A model generated the notes under the pieces. It did no database searches and was not told the origin of the DNA. It saw nothing but the letters and a program-made list of their open reading frames with translations. Of a stretch of 64,000 nt of DNA, positions 26,301-40,700 are shown one piece after another. The translations under genes and the position numbers were made by a program. Each line of letters starts with the position of its first letter. Position 1 is the stretch's first letter. Location of the stretch: contig JAQGDQ010000153.1 of NCBI GenBank assembly GCA_030141605.1, positions 1-64,000 on the forward strand. The letters are read 5' to 3'. Source of the DNA: Tubiluchus corallicola. Lineage: Eukaryota; Animalia; Priapulida.

Positions 26301-28646
26301 TTGTATAGTATTTTGGGAAAAACCAGTTTGTGCTCAGTATTTTGTTAGTGTTGGTCAGCATGTTGTAACCCATAAAACCTCATAAAAATGATGAACAATC
26401 TGGTGCAGCTTGATTATTTTATTTTACTGTGCTCAAAAACAGTCCAGCATCATAAGGTATAAGTGCTCAAAGAGAGGGAAGGTTTCAACATAAATTGCAG
26501 AACATTAATAAACGTAAAAAGCAACATTAAGCTTTAGCCACACTGAACATCAAAATAATCAACTGACATAATCAATGCAATAATCACTCAAGCTCCAAAA
26601 CCTGTGCCCCCTCTAACACAACAACAAGAACAACAAGAATTTACACATACTGTACACAAGCAAGCAAAAAAATCCAATTTTAGTTCACACCATCAGAGTA
26701 TCAAACTAGAGCATGTGGAAATTAGTAATTTACTTTAGGCTTAATACATTAAAGCCAATTGTTAATTTAAAACACTAACCTCAGTTTAAGGTAAATTAAA
26801 ATTACACAAAATCATAATTAAAGCGAAACATACCTTAACAGAACTCACAAACTGCATTATGAAATTTACCAGCAGTCTATGACATTTCACCGCAAAAAAC
26901 TTGAACTACTACTGTTCAACTGGAAAATCTTACAATAGACAGAACAACCTCATTAGCTCTAGTCTAAACCAGTTGAATCCCAGTAAACTGGTACCTGAAT
27001 AGTACAGTAAACAGCCAAATGTACAGCTTAAGAAATGCGTAAATTATTTTACAGGCAATATACCAAAAGATGGCAGCAATAGTTTCTTCATCTGACCTAG
27101 TAACTGTACCATGAGTCACTAAAAAGAGTAATTGTACTATACAGTTTATAGTTTAACCACTTCACTGCTTCTGTGACAAAAATCTTCCATCATGAAAATG
27201 CTATTCTGTCTGGCCTGTATGATGAGCTGTACCACCATCCTTAATATGCAAATTAACTAACACGTACGCCAGTAGCAATGATACCTGCACACTCCAAGCG
27301 TACTTCATAAATCAGGCTACGGAAAATAAACAGTGGTGTTGTCCTCTGTTGGCCAAAAAGTTAATCTTAGGCCAGAAAATGATTTAGCCAAAAATGTGGG
27401 CAAAACTTGCAGAAGAGATTACTGTTATTACTGAATGTGCACTGCAGTCTGCTGTGATGTGACTTTTGTTTTCTACTTTATATTTTGCAAGGTGATTTGA
27501 TCTATGCCACACTAAACAAAACTGTTTTGAAATGACGTGATGAAGATAGTGTTGTTGAAAATTCCTACTGGTGAACTTGGTGATGGAAAGCAGTGGGGGT
27601 GGAAGCACTGGAAATTATGGGGGGGGGGGTGTCAACAGCTATTCTGATAGCAATGATATAGTTGTGGTAGTAAAACTGATGATGATGTAGTAAAAGTTGC
27701 AGTAATCTCTACTCTTTAGTATGTAGCATCTGTAGCAATAGCAACTCTTCATTTTCTTAAAATATTCCCATATCCCAGGTACAATGCAAATTTTGCAGCG
27801 AAGAGGTTAAAAACAAAATATGAATCGGGTAGAAGTAAGTTATCTACTTCTTACATTGGCTACAATTATAATAACTTTTTCCTGCTAGGAGGTGATTTTA
27901 AAGTAATTTTGTTTTCTTGCCCAATTACTAAATTGCTGAAAGGACAGAAATGGGTCTGGAAATTGAAATAATATTTTAAGAAATGTGTAATAATTATCAC
28001 TAATTTGTAAGTGGAAAAGTAGGTTTACAAAAATTAACAAGAAGTTGATAGGTGTTGTTATAGTAAAGAACTGAAAGTGCAGCATTAGGCTGGTTAACCT
28101 TGGCTTGCCAAGTTATACATGGATCGATATCATGAATCTAAATTTGTATTCAAGTAAAAAAACCTGATAATATTTGCTAGTTTATGCTAGCGGAAATACA
28201 ATGTTCTATTCTTCTTTAGATGCTGAGCCCAGACAAAGAAAAGAAACATTTCTTGTTCAGACTTAGAGCCAGGAAAGCAGATATCTATGATCCACGAGTG
28301 GCAACACAGCGGTCTCGAAAGACTCAAGATGAAGGTTTGAAATGTTTTTTTTTCATTTATGTTTGAAATGTGTATTTTGGTTTGGGTTTTCAGGATCTTC
28401 AAAGTGCAACATTTATAAATATAATCAATTTAAAAGGTATGTTCCCTAAGTTTAAACTATGGTTGACAAAACAAACAAACTATCCAAACAACTGATGTAA
28501 TTCGTTTCTTTGAGACATTTGTAAATTTGCAACCAACAGCCATCCAAAAAAATCTGAATCTTCTCACAGCAATATGCCTATATATATAAGTGATGTTGGT
28601 AAACATATAAGTATCTATTAATAATGGAGCAAAAGGCATGTGTATG

Positions 28647-28686
<40 letters not shown>

Positions 28687-28723
28687 CAGAGACAGAGACA
28701 GAGACAGAGACAGAGACAGAGAC

Positions 28724-28755
<32 letters not shown>

Positions 28756-31700
28756 CTCCAACTGTGGCTGAAATAAATCTGCAAATGGAGCAAGCAGCCA
28801 CATAAAAGTTTAGGCCAGTTTTGCTAGTCAATATTGTAAATGAATAAAAGGTGTGGAGAGATTTAAGAATATAAATCACTGAATTAGCTGGACAGCATAT
28901 TTGCATGACAACCACTGTTATTCAAAAAGTAGCAAAGTTAGGTAATCAATTTGTCTAAACCCGTCTTCCCGTTTTGTGACAATAAGCCTGTATTCTTGAA
29001 GCATGCTGAGATTTTTGAATGGGTGGAAAACTACTAAGGATACAATTAATACGCTGACATCTAAAAAATTAATGTAAGGTTGCAACTTTTCGTAACCCTA
29101 GTCATAGAGATACAAGTACTTGGTTCAGGCTAATGACATACTGTGTGTGGGCCATATGATGAAGTATGATCTTCTTGCTTCTTTTATTAATTCCGTCCTG
29201 ACAAGAAGTGTGTCACCTATAAGTTCGCTTAAAGGAAAGAACAAGTCACTCAGTATGTTGGGTTTATTTTACTGTTATCAGATTAGATTCAGATTTATTT
29301 ATTCATCCATTTAGCAATTCACTCATTTTATCACTTAAACTTGGAAAAGTATAACGAGGAACTTTGCAAAGAACTGCTCATGAAACATAAATTTAGAAAT
29401 GTGGTACCTCTGAATAGAAATTTTCAGGCGTGGCAGTTGCTGCCATTCACTTGAAAAGCGTGACATAACTGGGAGATTTTGTGACTTTCCGTAATTACGT
29501 CGTGGCTTTCTGCTAGCGCGCCCTGCTTAATTTAATTCAGGCTTCTACAGCTTACCTAATGTTAATGCAAAAATATTTCAAAATGAGCTAATTGATTTTT
29601 TTGTAAAAACTTATTATATTTTGGTGAAGGTTGACAGTGTGCTACTTTTCTTCAAGACGAATGACGTCATTGGAAGGAGAATGTGCTTTGAATATGGGAG
29701 CACCCAAGCATGAAAGTAACTGAGATTTTAAAGTGATTTTACTAGTTACACGAGGCACCTTTTGCAGTTTCATTACTAAATCCTTATATCATTTTTCTCA
29801 TGAAATAAGCATAGCCTCCTACAAGGCTTGGCCTTTCCTTTAAATATAATTTTAAATATGGCCTCTTCTTATTCTTAAACTCCCATAATCATTTATTTGG
29901 TTACAATGTTTTCTTATTTTTTTGGCATCCGTAGAGCAGTTTTTTAGATTGGTGCTTCAGGGAGTAGCTTTTCTTAGTTATGTTTACTGAATGCACATTT
30001 AGCATTTTCATTTGATTAGCACATTATTTCTAAAAGTATCCGTTTGAAAGATTTTCTGAATTCACTCATAAATGCTGCGTAGATTACAGGATTAATTACA
30101 CTGTTTATGTAGCTTAACCACACAGTCAAAATGAAAACTTCCCGTATGTCACAAGACCATTTGCACGACAACTGTATGAGTGGGTAGATAATAAAAGGCA
30201 TCCAGCAAACCACAAACACCAACACAATGACGCCTACAGTACGCGTAGCTTTCAGCTGTTTCATCATATTTAAGACATTGTTACTGTTTGTAATAGGTTC
30301 AGTCTGATTTACTGCATGTATTCGCTGTGCTTGCTTCCAGGCTGCATACCAAATTCTTGCATTCAAAATTAATACAAAAACACAGGACAAAAGGAAGACA
30401 AATGTGTTTTTGATTTCAAGATATGTTTTTGTGAATTGATCATCCCGATCATATTTCAAATCCATACCGGCTTTCACCATTGCGTCACAGTAAGAAATTA
30501 TCCATAATGTAGTAAGCAACACGATTAAGGTTCGTTTTGTAACATGTCGATTGTATTTTAGTGGATGCAAGATAAAAGCATACCTCTCTGCAGATATTAA
30601 CCAGACGTGTCCAAGTCCAACATTTTGCATAAATGCCTCAAACAGAAGAAATACATGCAGTAACGGAAAGCCAGCATGTGTTGGTACATTTACCGCTATA
30701 AATAAGGGCACAACTAGTACTCCCACTATCAAGTCTGATGTAGCTAGTGATGCAATAATGGCATTCGTAGGTGTTCTCAGCTCCACATGTTTATACATAG
30801 CAACTAACACCAACATGTTCCCAAATGAGGCACATAAGCTTGAAGCACCAAAACTGAGTGTCATTAAGATGATTCTGGTTGTGCTTAAGCTAGGATGCTC
30901 ATGACTATCCACAGTCAACAGATAGGTAACATTGTTAGTTTGATTCATAGCCATTTTGGAAAATCAGTATCTTTTCTCACGTTACTAATGCTAGTATCTT
31001 GATATTTACTTTCGCTGAGGTTATAGGCTTGATGTGATATGTCTAGCAGCATGAGTTTGGTGGGTGGTTATGTTAGTGGCTGCCTGCACCCTCTCAAATC
31101 TTTTTGGTCAGTTTTCCAAATCAAGTGATGGTAGTGCTAATGTAAAGTGAGTTTGTAGTTACAGCAGTAATGACAACATTGTAAAGAGATTCTGTCACTG
31201 GTAGCATATGCAAGAGCTCACATTTGCCTTTGTCTTGTTAAACAGCCTTCGTCTACTGGATTGGCAAACATACATGTAGTATTAATATATAAGGCTTCAG
31301 TGCATTATTTGCATTGAAACAATAGTTTAGTAACACTGAATTTGCCAGATGCACTATGCAAATATATTTTGTCATGCATGCAATGTGATAAATAGAACAC
31401 CTATGCATTTTTAATGTAGCTTGTTTCAATGCTGATATTTTCCTTTGTCAGTTTCTGTTGAACATTCTTCCTTAAATGTTATACGATATGGTTTACTTCT
31501 CTTTGTTAATTCTGAGTGGTGCACCACTGTGTATTTATTGTTATATGTTGAGCTTTTTTCGTTGTTGCATACACAGTTCATGCAAAATGTTTTTTCTTTG
31601 AAGAAAATATTTCTTAACCATACCAATATCTTATACTGTAGTTCAGAGTTGGGATATACAGTATTTGGTTTGCGCATGCATTTCAAACCAGGGATCAAAG

Positions 31701-34700
31701 CAATTGTTAGTACTACAACAAAGACCAACATATTATTGTTACTTTGCCCAGTTAAATATATATTTTGTTTATTTGCACTTCCTTTGTTCTTAATATTCAT
31801 TTTGGTTGATATCTAGGACAGGAACTGAGAACATTAGATAGAGAGAGAGTGAGAGAGAGAGATAGGGTGGCAATAGAGAGAGAGTCCTGACTGAGTCCAA
31901 ATCCAAGTCAAAACTGAGTTAGCACCAGATGTACTAGCTGAATGGATAGGGGCTGGTCTCATTTTGACTTTGGTTTTTTGTGGATATAATATTGATAATG
32001 TGATATAAGCTGATCTGCAATGTTGTGCTGCCGTCTTTTAGAAGCCATATGTGGTTTCTGGTTACTTATTAATAGTTAGGTTGTCATCAGTTATATGCTA
32101 ATTACCGTATTTTCCCGTGTATAAGAGACCCTTTTTTGCTCAGAATTTTCACTTTAAAAATAGGGGGTCTCTTATACATGGGAGTAAGTCTTTTCAATAA
32201 GATGCATAAATTGTGACACTAATGATTTTAAAGAAATAAGTGCTCTACAACTGTTTTGCATGTCGCGTTCGACTATGAAGCGGTTGTAAGCAATACAAGC
32301 ATCGTGACACAGGCATTATCTCCTCGTTTTCTCTTTTTCTGTTACAGGTTTGCAGGTACGCACTTTAATATATACCAGTACTCTTTTTCTACAACACATT
32401 AACTGGTTTTATTTTGTTTTCAGTACCGCACTGAGTTGAAAAAAGTTGTACTCTACCTTCTAAAAATGTCCGTCTGAAAAAACTTTTTTCCAGAATTTTT
32501 GCCTAAAAATTGAAGGGGTCTCTTATACACAAGGGTCTCTTATACACGGGAAAATACGGTATGTAATGCTGTAATGCTAATGCTAATTATGTAATGTAAT
32601 GCTAATTATGTATGTATAATGTTTTCACTGTATACACTAATTAAAATCAGTGAGTTTTGCATTTTTGGAGGGAAAATGCCAATTCAGGCTCACTTTTGTC
32701 GTACAAAAATTGTTATTTTAATCGTGAAATTATATCAGTATCTGGTGAGAACTTGGGAAATCTAGTTTAGGGCTTAAACTTATTAAACTAATATTATTCT
32801 GATTGGCCTTTAGTGATATTGTCTATGCCTGGCGTTTTACAAGGCTTTGGACCTATTAGAAGTATACGTGTTGCAGCGATGATGAAATTGCCTACTTTGA
32901 ACAATAAGGACAGTAAATTTGCTTAATTAACAATGTTTTCATCCTTGTTAATAAATCTGCACAAAAATGTTGTGAGATGAATAATTTCAACATTTCAACT
33001 GGAAATTTAGTGTAGTGAAAAGATTCTTTGTGTTTGTTTGCAAACTACGACAAACAGCAGTTAAGCTCCACAGCATTCTCACTTTCTTATCCAGATTTTT
33101 GCTGACAGATCTGGAACTGGTTTCGATTCGGAAAAATTGTGTGCAGTACATCTCGTTAAACTTGTAATTATTATATTTTTAGGTCCAGTAGTTGAAAAAA
33201 CTGTAGAACATGCTTTAAGCCAGATAATATATAACATTAAGCCTAAACAAAACTAGTTACTACAACACACTCAAGCTACTTTAAGAATGTCAATTAATTC
33301 AATTCAATTCAATTAACTGACTTCAGCTCATAACAAGAAACTCCTTCAGCTGATGTCCCACTTGTACATTCTGTTAAGCCAGCTACTGCTGACTTCTGTT
33401 TTAATTAGTACTGTAATACATGTAATGTTTAATATTCTTGAGGGTGCATTATAATTTTTAAACTACCACAGCATCCCTGCACCCAAAAAATTGCATTACA
33501 CTTTTGTATTGACCTCCTTGTGAATATGGGAATGTGAACATGGAATCTCCAAATCTGGCCACACAATGTGTCATATATAATAATTGGATTACAGTTCACA
33601 TTCCGGAAGACGCAGTCTGATTTCCTGAGTCTGGATCAAGTTCTGTCATGATCAACCTAGTGAACTACAAATTAAAATGTGCTGTTATACTTTTTCTTAA
33701 TTGCATCCTGAGAACAGTGAGTGCAGGAAGAGAGTCCAGACTGAATCAAGACCTAGTAGGGTACCCAATGTAATGCTGGACTAGGTCACCATGTCTTATT
33801 TTGGGTTAGATTTCCCATTATAACTTTTGTACAACAATGATAATTAAATAAAGATGATGTGCTGTATGGTGCTGCCATCTTTTAGAAACAACGAGTAGGT
33901 TTTGAATACATATTATTGATTAACTTGCCATTACTAAGATTACTTTTACATAAATTACATGCTTACTGACTAGAATCAATAACTTTTTACAGTTCTGGAG
34001 GAATTACATCATTTTAATCTGGAAAAAATTTGAGCATTGTATTTTAAGTACATTAGGAATTTTTTTTTCTTAGTAAATATATAAAAATGTTTCATTTTCA
34101 TTTTCTATTGTCACACTTAAATATTACGTAACTTTTTCTGTCCAGCTGGTTCCATCTCTCTTTTTTTAAACTCCTGCCTAGTTGCAGTTTTTGGTAACTT
34201 GTTAGTAATGTTACTCTTTTTGTTTAGTCCACCCAAGGGGAACTGACTGTTAAAATGAGAAGTCAGGTGTCCAAAATTAATATTTCTGTCATATTTCTGC
34301 AGCAAATGATCAGGACCTGCATGAAACTCTGGTGAATGATTCTTTGGGGCACCCCACAAACTTCCTGCAATAAAATCAAAGATTTTTAGTGTATGTCTTA
34401 CTTAATCAGTTAACGAACTTTCAAAGCTTAAAACTCTGAGTTCACTATACAAGTTCTAGAAACATATATTAAATATATATATTGTGTAACGATTTATGTC
34501 ATTTTTTTATCATAAGAACAGATAATTTGCTTTAATGAGTGAAAGGAAGGCTATAAATTTAATAAAATCAGAGATATAATTTTAACTGACTTGAGAATTA
34601 AACAAACACAGTTAGGTATACTAAAAGATGAAAGCGGTAGTAAGATAATTTTAAAGGCCTCTACTTTTGTATCATTGGTTTCTCCTTTATTATTGAATTT

Positions 34701-37700
34701 TATTTTTTTCAGTTGGAAAGTTTCCGATCATTAGGCTTACCTGAAAGTACACATACACCATCCTTGATGTTGTTACAACACAAAAATAATGCTATTAAGG
34801 CTTGGTGTAGTTGTAACACATCTTAACTCTATAATGTCCGGTTGTTCAATGTGCAAAACAAATTGTTCTAAATGCTGGAGTGTGACAAATGACCTTTTAT
34901 TTTAGAGCCTATATTTCCCCCAACATATAATCTCATGTGTATGACCTAGGATAAAAAGGACAGCACAACAATCAGGTGTAACTCAACATATTATCAGACA
35001 CCTGTGATGTAAAACAATGTGGTCTCTCTCATAGCGAGCTGGACAGTTTAGTGGCGACTGGTTCTTCTATGCAGGTGTCTTTTACAAATTTTCTGGGTTG
35101 CAAACCATACTTGTTTTCACTAGCTATGTTCTGTAAAATCTGTGAAATGTTTCCGTGTGAGCAGGATTTTGTTAGTAATGCGAGTTTTAAATTCTATTGC
35201 TGAATGTGAAAACAATTTGGAACTTTTCTAAGATATGGCAGCAATTGTGAAGGTGATGAGAGAATATTGAACTGAAACAGCTAATAGTATTTATTTGGAA
35301 GTGTTACATAAGTGTTATGCTGAAAACCTATAAAATGGAAATTTTATCAACATTATTAAGCATACAGCGACTTGAAACCTTACTTTATTCCTTGTGTAAA
35401 GTTTAAAGCTTATTTGTTGTATACGAGTAACAGTTAATTGTATATTGACGCATCTTCGTCTGTGTATGGCTGAAATTTCAAGTTAAAAGGTGTGGAAGTG
35501 TTGACAGTTTCAACAATGTTCAGATCCCATTCTGAAGATCGAACTAACCAGAGTGTCTCACGCGATGACACGAACTTTGTCACAAAAAGATGCGACAGTG
35601 ATGAACATTTAAGTCATCATCCATCTGAACCGTATTGTTGTCGTCACAGACCACAGAAAAGGTGTTCGCGAAAGATTAATGCAAAGCCAAAAATGATTTG
35701 GGTTGCACCAACAGCTCTCTTGCAGTGTACGTGCAATCTTAGTTCTTCCTTCGAAGACTGCAAAAAGGATTATTGTTCTCAGAAGTCACTAACATCAGCT
35801 GGCATGACTGCTAATAAGGTTTTCAGTTTACAGGAAATATTCACATGGCACGGTATGTTATGCCATTTTGTATATGTAAAGGTGATAAGTATAAACGTAA
35901 ATTCTAATGTCTTGGTAGTTAGATAAAAAAAGGCAAACTACTAATGTTAAAATCTGTTGCGATATTCTGATATATATTCTGAATAATTCTAGTGTGGCGT
36001 GACCTTGATTTAGGTTGATTGGGTATTTGGGATTCCGCCTATTCTGCAGTCTGTCTTGGTCCCACATATCCCACATTTTTGCAGTTGTCTTATGGATGTT
36101 GGGCACCAAGCACTGGATTTCATACATTTAAAGTTTAGACGTTGATCATAGATATTTTGCCCTGTTAATTTGAATTCCAATGCTCGGATCATGCTCGTCT
36201 GATGAGTGAGTTCCATCTGCAGTACAACAGGGAATTTTTAAACTAAGTGCATCAATGCAGATAGTAAAAAATGTAACACAACAAATTTACTAAACGTGAA
36301 GTCGAAATTAAACAACGACAAACCACCATTTGCACCCCTTTTTTTCTGGAACAAAATATCGGGTGCCCAAACATCTCGAGTTAAAACAATCGGAGTCTAA
36401 CACATGTACTGTCTTTTAAAAACTCGTCAAAATTTAACTATTGGCTAATCACAGATTTTATACACAATGCCTTCAAATGAAAAAACCACCTTCAGATTTC
36501 TAATGCTTTTGAATTTATTGCTACTATGTGCAGTTAGTCAATATGTACAGCTTCAGTTATAGTTTGCATAGTTTTTTCATGAGCTTTTTCTCTGCTTGTT
36601 ATAAGTCACTCAACATTCAAGGCAGTTTAAGTGACTAACGATTTTTTGCCATATTTTTTTCTGTATTCTATCAACAGGAACAATACGCCCACTGCCAGCG
36701 AAATAACTACAGCAATTGTTTACATTTAATGATATATGTATACTCCTGTGGCCTAGTGGCTGGGGCTGAAGAATGTAATTTGGTTCGCGTTGTCATACCC
36801 ATAGTGTGCTGTATCATAGGGAACTTATTGAAACAAGGCCGTAGCTTCTTAAGAAAATAAAAATCTAAACAGTATTCTTGAAATTGTAGTATAAGTCTGT
36901 ATTATAACACTGACTATGCATTTATTTTATATTCTGAAAAATCTCCTGTATTTTAGCTCAACTTGAAGTTGTTAAAAGAAAGCACTTGAAAAACGCTTTT
37001 GGAACAACTACCGTTGATGAAATTAAAACAGAATGTCTGCAAGTGTCAAGGACAAAATAAGTAAACATTCTGACAAACTCTTAACGTTGCAGCGTCTTTA
37101 TTTCTTGGGTTTTTCTTGCTTCAAAGCATCATCAACTGATATTGGATGCGGTTCACTTCATCGTAATTAAACAGTATGTGATTAATCTATAATTACGTTT
37201 TAACACCGTGTTTGTGCATTTCCTCTTACTGTCGAAATTACAATGGAGCTTGAAGTTGTTCAATTCAATTTTGAGGTCAATCCATTCTGTTTAAGGCATA
37301 GCGCAGAGTAGAATATCGAAAAATTGCCATTTTCAGCAATAGAATGTTGAGAGCTTTGTTATACATTTGCCATTTCTGTCTTCTCCATCAGCCTGTTTTA
37401 ATTGTATAAGTCTCTGACGTTTTTTATGTACTCAGAGGGACGACTGGAAGATATTTACATTTCTAGACTAGAATTCTGGCCATTAGTTGCCACTCCTTAG
37501 GCTAGTTAAATCAATTTTGTTACATTTTTACTATTTTCATACAGTCACATATTGATGGATAACAGTTATCGGAAGCTGACTCATTCTTGAACATGACAGT
37601 AAAGAACTGAAATAAACAAGTTTGTGTTATTCAGGTGAGTAGTTTAACTGCCAACCGGCCTTACTGGAATGCGATTTCTGCATCAGGAAGGAAGAAAAGA

Positions 37701-40700
37701 GAAAGTTAAATGTACAGGAAAAAGACTTGTTCTTGTTAATTACCCAAGTTGTAGCAGAAACGTGTTGCGGCGCTTTTTTGAAGCGTAACTTTTTAGATTT
37801 GGCCACAACAAAGCTCGCCAGAATAAATTTAAGTAAAGAACTTTATTAAAATTTGTATTTCTAATTGTAATCTATCATCTTCTGCTTCTATCGCCCCTCT
37901 CGCCTGGAATTTATTTTTGCTTTTCTCCTCCTGTGTTTCTGTAACGATATTTTTGCATTTGAACGGCCCCGTCAGCACCCACTTATCTGTTTTACATTGT
38001 TCACTATTTTACAATCATTACAATTGCTTTTTAATAGCAATTATTTATGGAAATTCAATGTTTGTTATTCTCTTGTTTGTTACGCAACAATAATTGTAAC
38101 CAACGTCTGCTAAGTTGTGTTTGATTTAGAACAGTGTATCTAGTCAACTGACCCATGTTTCTCTGGGCTAGACAAACTTATATTTGTGTTAGCCTAGTAC
38201 ATTTCCTAGGGACGTTCAACTCTGTATAATACTTTTCATTATGCAGTAGTAATAACCATTCATTGTTAGTTGTTAAGAACGACGACTCAGTGGTTGATGT
38301 ACAGTGTATATCTGTGTATATTTTTGAACACTGAGATGAAAGATAGGAAATTTTAAACAAGTAAATTACCGAAATACATTTTTCACGGCCTCTTTTAGTC
38401 CATGTTGGGTTCCTTTTAAGGTTTGAAATAAAATATTAAACCAAATTTCTCTCTCTCTCTTTCTCTCTCACTCACTCTCTCTCTCTCTCTCTCTCTCCTC
38501 TATCTTTCTCCTCTCTCACTCTCTTTCTGTCCCCTCTCTTTTTGCCCCCTCTCTTCGACATTCAGTCTTTCTAACAACTTTTCTTATCATTTAAAGACAT
38601 ACCATAATTATCATGTTTTGTCTAGCATGAGGCCACTTTTGACGAAGAATTACTGGAATTCTGCTTCAATGAATAGCATCTTTGTAGCTTCATAGTTTAT
38701 TACTTGGCAAAATGCTAGCAATTATAGCACTTTTATTAATAGCAATTTTACTGTCAATAGAACTTTGTGTGTATAGCTGACAAGCAGGCAGTTCCGAATA
38801 AACTTGTGCCTTTTTGCGGTTCTTGAGTAATTGAGTTTAAAGATTGTGCTTATTTTAATGGGTCTTGTGTGTAAATTTGCGCTGAAAAAGTGTTACATAT
38901 CCGAACTTCTGACCACTTTTCAACGCAGTGACTTTATTGTCCCACTCCTTAATGGCCTAATGGGTACCGTTTTTACTATTGTCTGGCTTCAACATTCGTT
39001 TTCTTTTTTACTAACAGTTATATTTATCATTCGTTATTGGGACAGTTCTAGTAACTGACATTTTATTCACTTGTTTAAAATTTGCAAGAACAAGATCATA
39101 GGTTTGCATCTTAACATTGTTGACAATTTCAGCTTTTGTGTTTTAAATAACATTTCCCTTTTGCTAATTTGTTGGACTACTTTATTAACTGACATTTGAT
39201 TTAATTGTTTGAAATTTGCAATTACAAGATCTCGAGTTTGCATCCTGGCATGTTGAAAATTTTCACCTTTATATGTCGCAGGTAAATTAATCACTATAAA
39301 TTAATTTCTCATGTCTGACAAATTAGCTGTTGGTTGTACAATCTACTGGTCAAAAACAAATAAGCCTCATGATTTAATCTTACGATATGAAATAAGCCTG
39401 AAAGCCAAGATAATTTTCTAGTAAATGTGTTACTGCACGTAGTACCCGGATATCTGAATTCACCTTACTTTGTAATGCAAGCATAAAAATCATTGAAATA
39501 ATTAATACAATGCCAGAAACTAGTCGAATGTCAATGCTCTATGTATCTAGCAGTTACTGGTGCAGAAATTGCGGACAAAAACACCGGATGTTAACTGTTT
39601 CATTTGTCATTGGCGCGTATACCGTCCAGTGGCTCCATGAGCAACTTCACTTCTCTTCCCTCTCATCAGCTAAAGCTGGCGAGGGTTGATTATGAATTTG
39701 ATTGGCGGTTTGTTTTATAATTCCGAGTCTGGCCGCTCTGTATAATTAATACCTGTCTGTCAAAGATTTCTATAACTTGTGACTAAAACATAAACAAAAA
39801 TACATACAGTACCTTTTGCATTCTTTCGCCTGAGCTGTCTGCAATTGCATAGTGGTTACACCTTGTCATAGATACGCCCTTAGTCGTTTTCATGGTTAAT
39901 CCCTATCATCCAGTTTAATTATATTTGAATGCAAATGCACCAATTATTTGAGCTGAGCATAGCTAACTTTTCACTTTGGTGTAGTAATGTGATAAAATCA
40001 CTCACGCTGCTCAGCTCATCTAATCTTCACATTTTTGACAGAATTAAATACATGTGCTTATTGTGAATCGCTCCAGTACTAACATGTCCACTGGGGCTTT
40101 TTAACCAGTTTCTCCATTTGGCCAATCTGTAAAAAATGATTGCATTTCTTGTCTAGCTGTTACTTTCTTTATCGTCCAGCCAAGCTTCTCTTCATTTTAT
40201 TGTTTTTGTCTTGCAATGAGGCATAAGGCTTTGGAATATTTGGTTTAATAAGGATGAGAAGGAAATGTGTGAAATGTGCCAAAATCGCAAGGAACTTCCA
40301 TAGACACAACTCTACTCGCACTTAACACATCATATCCGTGAGGCGACCGACCTTGCCGGGATACTTCATAATCTTGAGGACAATCTTGAGTCTTCAAGGT
40401 CAAAGGTGACAGAAGGGTATAGATGTAGTACATGACGTTATTAAAGCTTACGTTGGTCAACTTCAGTTAAAGGGGTGGTGCTGACAGATGGAACAAAAAT
40501 GTGACCTTTGAAGTCCTAACTTTGGTGACTTATATTATGCATACAGGTCACAGTTTCTATGCGATATTTCCTTGGAGGCTATGCTTTTGAGTCAAATGTC
40601 AGAGTCATCAGTTATGTAAAATGGCAAGGAGGATACTTCATAGAGGTTCTAGCTTAGTAGAAGTTAGGCATACCTCGCAACCTGGAGTCATTAGTTACTC

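Noticed and set aside
28457-28915. 152-aa and overlapping ORFs with SLSL/CLCL runs
   Set aside because: Artefact of the GA/GAGACA microsatellite.
30551-30904. 117-aa plus-strand ORF
   Set aside because: Antisense shadow of the GPCR CDS.
31426-31816. Overlapping 124/123-aa ORFs upstream of the GPCR
   Set aside because: No recognisable domain, AT-rich composition and no convincing splice context; cannot be supported without a database search.
37544-37634. Exon-like segment with strong CAG|GTGAGT donor
   Set aside because: Stops in all three frames before the donor; could be a UTR exon, but unsupported without RNA data.
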